The translations under genes were made by a program, and so were the position numbers. This document shows, one piece after another, positions 1 to 11,077 of a stretch of DNA of 64,000 nt (positions are counted from its first letter, which is position 1; each line of letters begins with the position of its first letter). The notes beneath the pieces are model-generated. The model worked only from the letters and a program-made list of their open reading frames with translations, did no database searches and was not told the DNA's origin. The stretch is taken from contig CDROCS010000506.1 of NCBI GenBank assembly GCA_977020255.1, positions 2,418,001 through 2,482,000 on the forward strand. Reading direction: 5' to 3'. The DNA comes from Obrimoposthia wandeli (taxonomy: Eukaryota).

Positions 1-836
1 AAGTTGGCTTAGAAGCAGCCATCTTTTAAAGAAAGCGTAATAGCTCACTGGTCGAGTCGGTCTGCGCGGAAGATTTAACGGGGCTAAACATACCACCGAA
101 GCTACGGATGCAAGACTTGTTCTTGCATGGTAGAGAGCGTTCTGTAAGCCGTTGAAGGTGAGTTGAGAAGCTTGCTGGAGGTATCAGAAGTGCGAATGTT
201 GACATGAGTAACGATAATGGGGGTGAAAAACCTCCACGCCGAAAGACCAAGGGTTCCTGTCCAACGTTAATCGGGGCAGGGTGAGTCGACTCTAAGGCGA
301 GGCCGAAAGGCGTAGTCGATGGGAAACTGGTTAATATTCCAGTACTCGCTTATATTGCGATGGGGTGACGGAGAAGGTTAGGCTAGCATGGCGATGGTTG
401 TCCATGTTTAAGGTAGTAGGCAAGTGACTTAGGCAAATCCGGGTCGCTCTCTTTAATGAGAATGCTGAGAACTGATGACGAGTCTCTACGGAGATGAAGT
501 AGTTGATACCCGGCTTCCAGGAAAAACCTCTAAGCTTCAGATATGAGAGAATCGTACCCCAAACCGACACAGGTGGTTAGGTAGAGAATACTAAGGCGCT
601 TGAGAGAACTCGGGTGAAGGAACTAGGCAAAATGGTACCGTAACTTCGGGAGAAGGTACGCCAATGATGGTGAAGGACTTGCTCCGTAAGCTATTGTTGG
701 TCGCAGAGAAATGGTGGCTGCAACTGTTTATTAAAAACACAGCACTGTGCAAAATCGAAAGATGACGTATACGGTGTGACGCCTGCCCGGTGCCGGAAGG
801 TTAATTGATTGGGTTAGACTTAGGTCGAAGCTCATG

Positions 837-934
<98 letters not shown>

Positions 935-1192
935 GGCCACGCTGTCTCCACCCGAGACTCAGTGAAATTGAAATCGCTGTTAAGATGCAGTGTACCCGCG
1001 GCTAGACGGAAAGACCCCGTGAACCTTTACTATAGCTTGGCACTGAACATTGAACCTACATGTGTAGGATAGGTGGGAGACTGTGAAACATTGTCGCTAG
1101 ATGATGTGGAGTCTACCTTGAAATACCACCCTTGTACGTTTGATGTTCTAACGTAGGCCCCTTATCGGGGTTGCGGACAGTGTCTGGTGGGT

Positions 1193-1235
<43 letters not shown>

Positions 1236-1437
1236 ACGAAGGTTGGCTAAACATGGTTGGACATCATGTGGTTAGTGCAAAGGCATAAGCCAGGCTAACT
1301 GTGAGACCTACAAGTCGAGCAGATACGAAAGTAGGCCTTAGTGATCCGGTGGTAGAAAGTGGAATTGCCATCGCTCAACGGATAAAAGGTACCTTAGGGA
1401 TAACAGGCTGATCGCGCCCAAGAGTTCATATCGACGG

Positions 1438-1484
<47 letters not shown>

Positions 1485-1486
1485 TT

Positions 1487-1519
<33 letters not shown>

Positions 1520-1688
1520 TGGTACGCGAGCTGGGTTTAGAACGTCGTGAGACAGTTCGGTCCCTATCTGCCGTGGGCGTTTGAGAATTGAAAGGAGCTG
1601 CTCCTAGTACGAGAGGACCGGAGTGGACGAACCACTGGTGTTCGGGTTGTTATGCCAATAGCATTGCCCGGTAGCTAAGTTCGGAACT

Positions 1689-1719
<31 letters not shown>

Positions 1720-1856
1720 AGGCCTCGAGATGAGTTCTCACTGGAGCTTTAAGCTCCCTAAAGGGCCGTTGGAGACTACAACGTTGATAGGCAAGGTGTG
1801 TAAGTGCTGTGAGGCATTGAGCTAACTTGTACTAATTACCCGTGAGGCTTAACCAT
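1..1856 (+). rRNA. rrl: 23S rRNA, 3' part (operon A, truncated by window start)
   Basis: Near-identical to 5423-7279; domain V motifs GGATAACAGGCTGAT and GGCACCTCGATGTCGG; 3' end GTGAGGCTTAACCAT. Confidence 0.98.
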
Positions 1857-1990
1857 ACAAATTAAAGTATGATTAATTGAATATCGACTTAAGAATTGAT
1901 TGAACGCTTTATGTTTTAAAGACTTCTTTATTTATAGCTTTTCAGATTAACAATAGGAACGAAAGTTTCTTATAGAAAGCAAACCAGATT

Positions 1991-2108
1991 TGCTTGGTGA
2001 CCATAGTGTTGCGGTACCACCTGACTCCATTCCGAACTCAGTAGTGAAACGTAATAACGCCGATGGTAGTGTGGGGCTTCCCCATGTGAGAGTAGGGCAT
2101 CGCCAAGC
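1991..2108 (+). rRNA. rrf: 5S rRNA (operon A)
   Basis: TGCTTGGTGACC...CCGAACTCAGTAGTGAAAC...CGCCAAGC; terminal helix pairs. Confidence 0.97.
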
Positions 2109-2168
2109 GCCAAACAACGTCGAAAGACTATAAATTAAGACTGATGGAAACATTAGCACAGATTGTGC

Positions 2169-2245
2169 GGAGTGGTAGTTCAGTTGGTTAGAATACCGGC
2201 CTGTCACGCCGGGGGTCGCGAGTTCGAGTCTCGTCCACTCCGCCA
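2169..2245 (+). tRNA. tRNA-Asp(GTC), operon-distal
   Basis: 77-nt cloverleaf, anticodon loop CTGTCAC, GTTCGAG T-loop, encoded CCA. Confidence 0.97.
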
Positions 2246-2323
2246 ACAATTCTTAAATAACATTCAATGAGTGTTATTTTAAAATTGTAATGCTTAACGC
2301 ATACAATCAGACCGTAAGGTCAA

Positions 2324-2335
2324 TGCTCTTTAACA
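2324..2335 (+). promoter_or_regulatory. boxA antitermination element of the operon B leader
   Basis: TGCTCTTTAACA, matching the rrn boxA consensus; same as 43998-44009. Confidence 0.85.
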
Positions 2336-2520
2336 ATTTATTCAAGCAATCTGTGTGAGCACTTGCAGAGATATAATGACCAAATATTATATCAATGCAA
2401 TTGTGAACATTAAATTAAATCGAAAGATTTGGTTTTATAAACAACAAGCTTCGGTTTGTTGTTGAAGTACAGAATTCATTGAGCCGACTTGGCTGCTTAG
2501 GCAGTCAGTCAAAAAACTTT

Positions 2521-2808
2521 TAATTGAAGAGTTTGATCATGGCTCAGATTGAACGCTGGCGGTAGGCTTAACACATGCAAGTCGAGCGGAAACGAAGAAT
2601 AGCTTGCTATTCTGGCGTCGAGCGGCGGACGGGTGAGTAATGCTTGGGAATCTGCCTAGTCGAGGGGGACAACAGTTGGAAACGACTGCTAATACCGCAT
2701 ACGACCTACGGGTGAAAGGGGGCCTCTTCTTGAAAGCTCTCGCGACTAGATGAGCCCAAGTGGGATTAGCTTGTTGGTGAGGTAAGAGCTCACCAAGGCG
2801 ACGATCCC

Positions 2809-2891
<83 letters not shown>

Positions 2892-3019
2892 CACAATGGG
2901 CGAAAGCCTGATGCAGCCATACCGCGTGTATGAAGAAGGCCTTAGGGTTGTAAAGTACTTTCAGCGAGGAGGAAAGGTTAACGATTAATACTCGTTAGCT
3001 GTGACGTTACTCGCAGAAG

Positions 3020-3075
<56 letters not shown>

Positions 3076-3298
3076 ATCGGAATTACTGGGCGTAAAGCGC
3101 ATGCAGGCGGTTTGTTAAGCGAGATGTGAAAGCCCCGGCTCAACTCCGGGAACTGCATTTCGAACTGGCAAACTAGAGTTCTTGAGAGGGTGGTAGAATT
3201 TCAGGTGTAGCGGTGAAATGCGTAGAGATCTGAAGGAATACCAGTGGCGAAGGCGGCCACCTGGCAAGTAACTGACGCTCAGATGCGAAAGCGTGGGT

Positions 3299-3332
<34 letters not shown>

Positions 3333-3438
3333 CGTAAACGATGTCTACTCGGAGTTTGGTTCCTTGCGAACTGGGCTCTTAAGCTAACGCATTAAGTAGA
3401 CCGCCTGGGGAGTACGGCCGCAAGGTTAAAACTCAAAT

Positions 3439-3509
<71 letters not shown>

Positions 3510-3565
3510 CTCTTGACATCCACAGAATCTGGTAGAGATACCTCAGTGCCTTCGGGAACTGTGAG

Positions 3566-3597
<32 letters not shown>

Positions 3598-3603
3598 TGT
3601 GAA

Positions 3604-3639
<36 letters not shown>

Positions 3640-3679
3640 TCCTTATTTGCCAGCACGTAATGGTGGGAACTCTAAGGAG

Positions 3680-3732
<53 letters not shown>

Positions 3733-3890
3733 CTTACGAGTAGGGCTACACACGTGCTACAATGGCGCATACAAAGGGCTGCAAACCAGCGATGGTAAGC
3801 GAATCCCATAAAGTGCGTCGTAGTCCGGATTGGGGTCTGCAACTCGACCCCATGAAGTCGGAATCGCTAGTAATCGTGAATCAGAATGTC

Positions 3891-3944
<54 letters not shown>

Positions 3945-4065
3945 GGCTGCACCAGAAGTCATTAGCTTAACCTTCGGGAGGGCGATGACCACGGTGTGGT
4001 TCATGACTGGGGTGAAGTCGTAACAAGGTAGCCCTAGGGGAACCTGGGGCTGGATCACCTCCTTA
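2521..4065 (+). rRNA. rrs: 16S rRNA (operon B)
   Basis: AGAGTTTGATCATGGCTCAG at the 5' end, GTGCCAGCAGCCGCGGTAA, anti-SD GGATCACCTCCTTA at the 3' end. Confidence 0.99.
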
Positions 4066-4381
4066 CGTAAAGTTGTTAATCTTTGTAAGTGCCCACACAA
4101 ATTGCTTGAATAGAAAACGTTAAAGACAACGATTGGGATGAAATCCAATCGTGAGAAAGTGTCCCGTTATTAAGTTCAAATCCGTACTTTTTCTTTCTGA
4201 CTCAAAGCTTGCTTTTTAGCAAATTGCTCTTTAAAAATTTGGAAAGCTGAATAAATAAAGAAGTTCTTAAAACACGTTGTTACTTCGGTAACAACAATGA
4301 AGTGTTCTTGAGTATTCTTGAGGCGAAAAAAACTAGATAATACCTAGTTATTTCAATTGTACGGTCTACTTTAGATTGTAT

Positions 4382-6259
4382 GGTTAAGTGACTAAGCGTA
4401 TACGGTGGATGCCTAGGCAGTCAGAGGCGATGAAGGACGTGTTAATCTGCGTTAAGCTGTGGGGAGTTGATAAAAAGCGTTAATCCACAGATTTCCGAAT
4501 GGGGAAACCCACCTTACTAAGTAAGGTATCGTAACGTGAATACATAGCGTTACGAAGCGAACCGGGAGAACTGAAACATCTAAGTACCCCGAGGAAAAGA
4601 AATCAATAGAGATACCCTTAGTAGCGGCGAGCGAACGGGGTCTAGCCCTTAAGCAGTTTGGAAGTTAATGGAAGATTCTGGAAAGTTTCACGATACAGGG
4701 TGATAGTCCCGTACATGAAAACGACCTTACTGTGAAATCGAGTAGGACGGCACACGTGATATGCTGTTTGAATATGGGAGGACCATCTTCCAAGGCTAAA
4801 TACTACTGACTGACCGATAGTGAACCAGTACCGTGAGGGAAAGGCGAAAAGAACCCCTGTGAGGGGAGTGAAATAGATCCTGAAACCGTGTACGTACAAG
4901 CAGTGGGAGCGGACTTGTTCCGTGACTGCGTACCTTTGTATAATGGGTCAACGACTTAATTTCAGTAGCAAGGTTAAGCGAATAGCGGAGCCGTAGGGAA
5001 ACCGAGTGTTAACTGCGCGAATAGTTGCTGGGATTAGACCCGAAACCCGGTGATCTAGCCATGGGCAGGTTGAAGGTTGAGTAACATCAACTGGAGGACC
5101 GAACCGACTAATGTTGAAAAATTAGCGGATGACTTGTGGCTGGGGGTGAAAGGCCAATCAAACCGGGAGATAGCTGGTTCTCCTCGAAAGCTATTTAGGT
5201 AGCGCCTCGCGTCTAACTATTGGGGGTAGAGCACTGTTAAGGCTAGGGGTCATCCTGACTTACCAACCCTTTGCAAACTCCGAATACCAATAAGTTCAAT
5301 CGCGGGAGACACACGGCGGGTGCTAACGTCCGTCGTGGAAAGGGAAACAACCCAGACCGTCAGCTAAGGTCCCAAAGTGTATGTTAAGTGGGAAACGATG
5401 TGGAAAGGCTCAGACAGCCAGGAAGTTGGCTTAGAAGCAGCCATCTTTTAAAGAAAGCGTAATAGCTCACTGGTCGAGTCGGTCTGCGCGGAAGATTTAA
5501 CGGGGCTAAACATACCACCGAAGCTACGGATGCAAGACTTGTTCTTGCATGGTAGAGGAGCGTTCTGTAAGCCGTTGAAGGTGAGTTGAGAAGCTTGCTG
5601 GAGGTATCAGAAGTGCGAATGTTGACATGAGTAACGATAATGGGGGTGAAAAACCTCCACGCCGAAAGACCAAGGGTTCCTGTCCAACGTTAATCGGGGC
5701 AGGGTGAGTCGACTCTAAGGCGAGGCCGAAAGGCGTAGTCGATGGGAAACTGGTTAATATTCCAGTACTCGCTTATATTGCGATGGGGTGACGGAGAAGG
5801 TTAGGCTAGCATGGCGATGGTTGTCCATGTTTAAGGTAGTAGGCAAGTGACTTAGGCAAATCCGGGTCGCTCTCTTTAATGAGAATGCTGAGAACTGATG
5901 ACGAGTCTCTACGGAGATGAAGTAGTTGATACCCGGCTTCCAGGAAAAACCTCTAAGCTTCAGATATGAGAGAATCGTACCCCAAACCGACACAGGTGGT
6001 TAGGTAGAGAATACTAAGGCGCTTGAGAGAACTCGGGTGAAGGAACTAGGCAAAATGGTACCGTAACTTCGGGAGAAGGTACGCCAATGATGGTGAAGGA
6101 CTTGCTCCGTAAGCTATTGTTGGTCGCAGAGAAATGGTGGCTGCAACTGTTTATTAAAAACACAGCACTGTGCAAAATCGAAAGATGACGTATACGGTGT
6201 GACGCCTGCCCGGTGCCGGAAGGTTAATTGATTGGGTTAGACTTAGGTCGAAGCTCATG

Positions 6260-6357
<98 letters not shown>

Positions 6358-6615
6358 GGCCACGCTGTCTCCACCCGAGACTCAGTGAAATTGAAATCGC
6401 TGTTAAGATGCAGTGTACCCGCGGCTAGACGGAAAGACCCCGTGAACCTTTACTATAGCTTGGCACTGAACATTGAACCTACATGTGTAGGATAGGTGGG
6501 AGACTGTGAAACATTGTCGCTAGATGATGTGGAGTCTACCTTGAAATACCACCCTTGTACGTTTGATGTTCTAACGTAGGCCCCTTATCGGGGTTGCGGA
6601 CAGTGTCTGGTGGGT

Positions 6616-6658
<43 letters not shown>

Positions 6659-6779
6659 ACGAAGGTTGGCTAAACATGGTTGGACATCATGTGGTTAGTG
6701 CAAAGGCATAAGCCAGCTTAACTGCGAGACAGACACGTCGAGCAGGTACGAAAGTAGGTCTTAGTGATCCGGTGGTTCT

Positions 6780-6835
<56 letters not shown>

Positions 6836-6864
6836 ACCGCCCAAGAGTTCATATCGACGGCGGT

Positions 6865-6907
<43 letters not shown>

Positions 6908-6909
6908 TT

Positions 6910-6942
<33 letters not shown>

Positions 6943-7111
6943 TGGTACGCGAGCTGGGTTTAGAACGTCGTGAGACAGTTCGGTCCCTATCTGCCGTGGG
7001 CGTTTGAGAATTGAAAGGAGCTGCTCCTAGTACGAGAGGACCGGAGTGGACGAACCACTGGTGTTCGGGTTGTTATGCCAATAGCATTGCCCGGTAGCTA
7101 AGTTCGGAACT

Positions 7112-7142
<31 letters not shown>

Positions 7143-7279
7143 AGGCCTTGAGATGAGTTCTCACTGGAGCTTTAAGCTCCCTAAAGGGCCGTTGGAGACT
7201 ACAACGTTGATAGGCAAGGTGTGTAAGTGCTGTGAGGCATTGAGCTAACTTGTACTAATTACCCGTGAGGCTTAACCAT
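4382..7279 (+). rRNA. rrl: 23S rRNA (operon B)
   Basis: Starts GGTTAAGTGACTAAGCG, ends GGCTTAACCAT; about 2.9 kb; conserved domain V. Confidence 0.99.
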
Positions 7280-7413
7280 ACAAATTAAAGTATGATTAAT
7301 TGAATATCGACTTAAGAATTGATTGAACGCTTTATGTTTTAAAGACTTCTTTATTTATAGCTTTTCAGATTAACAATAGGAACGAAAGTTTCTTATAGAA
7401 AGCAAACCAGATT

Positions 7414-7531
7414 TGCTTGGTGACCATAGTGTTGCGGTACCACCTGACTCCATTCCGAACTCAGTAGTGAAACGTAATAACGCCGATGGTAGTGTGGGGC
7501 TTCCCCATGTGAGAGTAGGGCATCGCCAAGC
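7414..7531 (+). rRNA. rrf: 5S rRNA (operon B, first copy)
   Basis: Matches 1991-2108. Confidence 0.97.
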
Positions 7532-7602
7532 GCCAATTACTATTTATCTAAGACAATGTCTTAGATAAAGCAGAGCAGAAGATTCGTAAGACTCGAAGAA
7601 TT

Positions 7603-7720
7603 TGTTTGGTGACCATAGTGTTGCGGTACCACCTGATCCCATTCCGAACTCAGTAGTGAAACGTAATAACGCCGATGGTAGTGTGGGGCTTCCCCATGTG
7701 AGAGTAGGGCATCGCCAAAC
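7603..7720 (+). rRNA. rrf: 5S rRNA (operon B, second copy, variant)
   Basis: TGTTTGG...CCAAAC compensated terminal helix; otherwise 5S consensus. Confidence 0.96.
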
Positions 7721-7752
7721 GCTAAACATGATTCAAGACTCTGTCTTGAACG

Positions 7753-7787
7753 AAAAAAGCCGATATCATTGATATCGGCTTTTTTTA
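7753..7787 (+). terminator. Intrinsic terminator ending the tandem rRNA operons
   Basis: AAAAAAGCCGATATC-ATT-GATATCGGC-TTTTTTT. Confidence 0.9.
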
Positions 7788-7902
7788 TATCTGTAAATAA
7801 TTAAACGTTAAGCTCAAATTTATCTAATCTATTTTCATCATCTAATTTTAATCACTGTATTCTGTGGTTAACTCGTCAATTTCGAACGTTTAGGATCCTA
7901 GC

Positions 7903-8463
7903 ATGACAGATAACCATGAAATAATTAAATTACAGACATTGAAATGGGTGAAAGATATTATTGTGAAATACAATATCTGCCCATTTGCTAAAAAAGAATT
8001 AGAGCGTAAAACGATTCATTGTGCTGTTCTTGATTCTGGTGATTTAACTGAATTATTAGAGCATGTTAACGCAGAGTTCATCCGCTTAGATACGAATAAA
8101 GATATTGCCACAACACTGGTTGTGATGCCTAAACTTAGTGCTAATTTTGATGACTTTCTCGATTTAATTGATTATGCCAATGATTTATTAGAAATGCAGG
8201 AGTATGAAGGTATTTATCAGTTAGCGCATATGCATCCTAAGTATCGTTTTGATGATACAACACTACAAGATGCCGCTAACTTTACCAATCGTTCTCCATA
8301 TCCAATACTGCATATTATTCGCGAAGATGAGATGGCACGTGTCTTAAGGGTGTTTCCAAACCCAGAAGAGATACCTGAGCGCAATATTGAGCTTTTAAGG
8401 GCTAAAGGGTTTGCTGAAATAAAAGCTGAGCTAGACGCGTGTTTTAACGTAGAAAATAAGTAG
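7903..8463 (+). CDS. DUF1415 family protein
   Basis: 186 aa; N-terminal W-V-x-x-I-I-V-K-Y-N-I-C-P-F-A and NRSPYPILHIIRE motifs typical of DUF1415. Confidence 0.8.
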   Translation: MTDNHEIIKLQTLKWVKDIIVKYNICPFAKKELERKTIHCAVLDSGDLTELLEHVNAEFIRLDTNKDIATTLVVMPKLSANFDDFLDLIDYANDLLEMQEYEGIYQLAHMHPKYRFDDTTLQDAANFTNRSPYPILHIIREDEMARVLRVFPNPEEIPERNIELLRAKGFAEIKAELDACFNVENK

Positions 8464-8525
8464 AACGATAAAATCTTTCCGATAGAGAGTAAAATATTAC
8501 CTCACTCTCTATCGTTCACTTTAAA

Positions 8526-8987
8526 CTAAACCTGTTCGGTAATGATGTCTTTTGAGAATGTTTTCTCACAGTATTTACATTTTAAACCGATATTACCTTT
8601 TGTTTTTTTGATTGAAAAACAAGAGATAACAGGCTCGCCATGCGTAATACAATTGGAATTAGGGCATGGGAACACATTTTCCACTTCATTTGGTAACGTT
8701 AAGGCATGCTTATCTGTTACGTGGAAATTTTCAATTATATTGACCGTCGCATTGGGTGCTAGTAGCGCTAATTGGTTAGCTTGTGATTTGGTTATCTCAG
8801 TATTTTCAACTTTGATAAGATCTTTTGCACCCCCATTATTTGTCGGTAAATTAAAGCCTACGGTTACACGTTGTTTTGTATCGGTGAGGTTGAATAGCTT
8901 TAAAATTTTAACGCCTTGTCCTGATGGGATATGATCAATGACGTAGCCATTACAAATAGCCTCTACTTGCATATGATTATTTTTCAT
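8526..8987 (-). CDS. pyrI: Aspartate carbamoyltransferase regulatory chain
   Basis: VEAICNGYVIDHI; Zn ligands CPNSNC and CKYC; directly after pyrB. Confidence 0.97.
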   Translation of the reverse strand: MKNNHMQVEAICNGYVIDHIPSGQGVKILKLFNLTDTKQRVTVGFNLPTNNGGAKDLIKVENTEITKSQANQLALLAPNATVNIIENFHVTDKHALTLPNEVENVFPCPNSNCITHGEPVISCFSIKKTKGNIGLKCKYCEKTFSKDIITEQV

Positions 8988-8990
8988 TTA

Positions 8991-9923
8991 TTACTCTCCG
9001 ATTGTTTCATTTAACACTAGTGCAAGTAATGCTTCACGCGCATAGACCCCGTTTTCAGCTTGTTGGAAATAGTAAGCATAAGGTGTTTTATCTACATCAA
9101 TAGTGATCTCATCAACACGTGGTAATGGGTGTAAAACTTTAAGGTTTGGTTTTGCGTGTTCTAATGAACTTGCTGATAAGATAAAACCCGCTTTCATGTG
9201 TTGATATTCGGTTTCATCAAAACGTTCTTTCTGAACGCGAGTCATGTACAGGACATCAATCTCTGGAACCACTTCTTCTATCGATGAATAAGTTGCATAA
9301 CTGACATTTTGTTCGTCAAGTTCATCGCAAATATACTCAGGCATTGCTAACGCGTCCGGTGAAATAAAGTGGAATTTACATCCTTCGAATTTAGCTAACG
9401 CTTGTGCTAAAGAGTGCACTGTTCGACCATATTTTAAATCACCGACAAACGCGATGTTTAAGTTGTCTAAGCGGCCTTGTGTTTCGTAGATAGAAAATAG
9501 GTCTAACAAAGTTTGTGTTGGGTGCTGATTAGAACCATCACCACCGTTGATAACAGGTACATTGGAAAATTCTGATGCTAATCTTGCCGCGCCTTCTTGA
9601 GGGTGACGCATCACAAATGCATCGGCATAGCTTGAGATAACACTAATTGAATCAGCAAGTGTTTCACCTTTCTTCGCAAGTGAAGTATTACCCGCATTAT
9701 CGAAACCAATAACAGTGCCACCTAATCGCTGAATCGCAGTTTCGAATGACAATCGTGTACGCGTCGATGCTTCAAAGAAACAGCTTGCAATGACTTTGTG
9801 TTTTAAAAGTTCAGGCTGTGGCTGATTTTTTAGTTTTGCCGCAGTTTTAACAATAAGTTCTAGCTCATTACGTGAGATATCATTGATAGATACGATATGT
9901 TTTCTAAATAACGGATTTAGCAT
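8991..9923 (-). CDS. pyrB: Aspartate carbamoyltransferase catalytic chain
   Basis: [29 protein letters not shown] motifs. Confidence 0.98.
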   Translation of the reverse strand: MLNPLFRKHIVSINDISRNELELIVKTAAKLKNQPQPELLKHKVIASCFFEASTRTRLSFETAIQRLGGTVIGFDNAGNTSLAKKGETLADSISVISSYADAFVMRHPQEGAARLASEFSNVPVINGGDGSNQHPTQTLLDLFSIYETQGRLDNLNIAFVGDLKYGRTVHSLAQALAKFEGCKFHFISPDALAMPEYICDELDEQNVSYATYSSIEEVVPEIDVLYMTRVQKERFDETEYQHMKAGFILSASSLEHAKPNLKVLHPLPRVDEITIDVDKTPYAYYFQQAENGVYAREALLALVLNETIGE

Positions 9924-9952
9924 TGTTGTGCCCTGATGATCAGAATTATCCT

Positions 9953-9984
9953 AAAAAAAAGCCTCATATAAATAGTTATGAGGC
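9953..9984 (-). terminator. pyrBI leader attenuator (intrinsic terminator)
   Basis: Minus strand GCCTCATA-loop-TATGAGGC-T8, about 30 nt upstream of the pyrB start. Confidence 0.8.
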
Positions 9985-10038
9985 CTTACAAATTTGAATG
10001 GATAGGGGGAGAGTTAGATGATCTAATAATATGAACAT
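9976..10038 (-). CDS. Putative pyrBI leader peptide (MFILLDHLTLPLSIQICKAS)
   Basis: 20-codon pyrimidine-rich ORF with AAGAGA upstream, ending inside the attenuator hairpin; not in the ORF track. Confidence 0.5.
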   Translation of the reverse strand: MFILLDHLTLPLSIQICKAS

Positions 10039-10260
10039 GCATTATTCTCTTGCCCGCTAAACACAATTAGTAATTTTAGCCTAAATTAAAAACCACAGAA
10101 AGCACTAATAAAATTAATTTCATGTAAAAAAATCTATAAAGTTTAAACTAATCGTTGCTCTAAATTTGCTTATTGAGCATGTTATTAAATATAATGCATC
10201 TAGATAGTGCAATATACTCGCTCTGAATATGGGAGCTTTGATAAACTTATGGAACTTACA

Positions 10261-10644
10261 ATGAGCAAAAAAATCATTTCTACAACGAATGCACCTGCTG
10301 CAATTGGTCCGTACTCACAAGCTAACCAACTTGGTAATATGGTTTTTACTTCAGGACAGATCCCATTAGTACCTGAGACGATGGAAATCATTGAAGGTGG
10401 CGTTAAAGAACAAGCTGAGTTAGTAATGGAAAATCTAATGGCAGTATTAAAAGCGGCGAATGCAAGTGCAGATACAGTAATCAAAACAACATGTTTCCTA
10501 AAAGATATGAATGATTTTGTTACGTTCAATGAAGTATATGCTCGTTATTTTCCAGAAAATGCACCCGCGCGTTCATGTGTTGAAGTAGCTCGGTTACCTA
10601 AAGATGTGTTAGTTGAAGTTGAAGCTATCGCTTACACACTTTAA
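10261..10644 (+). CDS. ridA: RidA-family reactive imine/enamine deaminase
   Basis: APAAIGPYSQA, FTSGQIPL, PARSCVEVARLPKDVLVEVEAIA; start placed at ATG 10261. Confidence 0.9.
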   Translation: MSKKIISTTNAPAAIGPYSQANQLGNMVFTSGQIPLVPETMEIIEGGVKEQAELVMENLMAVLKAANASADTVIKTTCFLKDMNDFVTFNEVYARYFPENAPARSCVEVARLPKDVLVEVEAIAYTL

Positions 10645-10656
10645 TTAGGTCTATTT

Positions 10657-11055
10657 ATGTCTAAATCGGTCACTATTGCTGTGCTTGTTACAGGCCCTGC
10701 ATATGGGAGTCAGGACGCTTTAAGTGCGTATCATTACGTGAAATCTGCTGTTGCCTTAGGTCATACTATCCAACGTGTATTTTTTTATAATGATGGCGTG
10801 CTTAATGGTTCTACTCTTACATCGCCAGCCGCGGATGAGTTTGACTTATATAATGCTTGGTTAGTGCTAGCTCGTGAACATCTATTTCCTTTAGATATAT
10901 GTTCAGGTGCCGCGTTAAGGCGGGGTGTTATTGATCAAAATGAAGCGGATAGGATTGGTAAGAGTCAGTTTAATCTTGAGTTACCATTTCAGTTAACGGG
11001 ACTAGGTCAATTAGCAGCGTCGATTGTGACTGCCGATCGGGTTATTCAGTTTTAA
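10657..11055 (+). CDS. tusD: Sulfurtransferase TusD (DsrE family)
   Basis: VFFYNDGV, catalytic Cys in LDICSGAALRRG, FQLTGLGQL. Confidence 0.93.
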   Translation: MSKSVTIAVLVTGPAYGSQDALSAYHYVKSAVALGHTIQRVFFYNDGVLNGSTLTSPAADEFDLYNAWLVLAREHLFPLDICSGAALRRGVIDQNEADRIGKSQFNLELPFQLTGLGQLAASIVTADRVIQF

Positions 11056-11077
11056 TTATCTATATTTGGTTGAAAAA

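Noticed and set aside
26-7729. ORF-track ORFs inside rRNA, 5S and tRNA genes (also 44221-49563)
   Set aside because: They recur identically in each rRNA copy, have no protein motifs, and are the familiar spurious rRNA-overlapping ORFs
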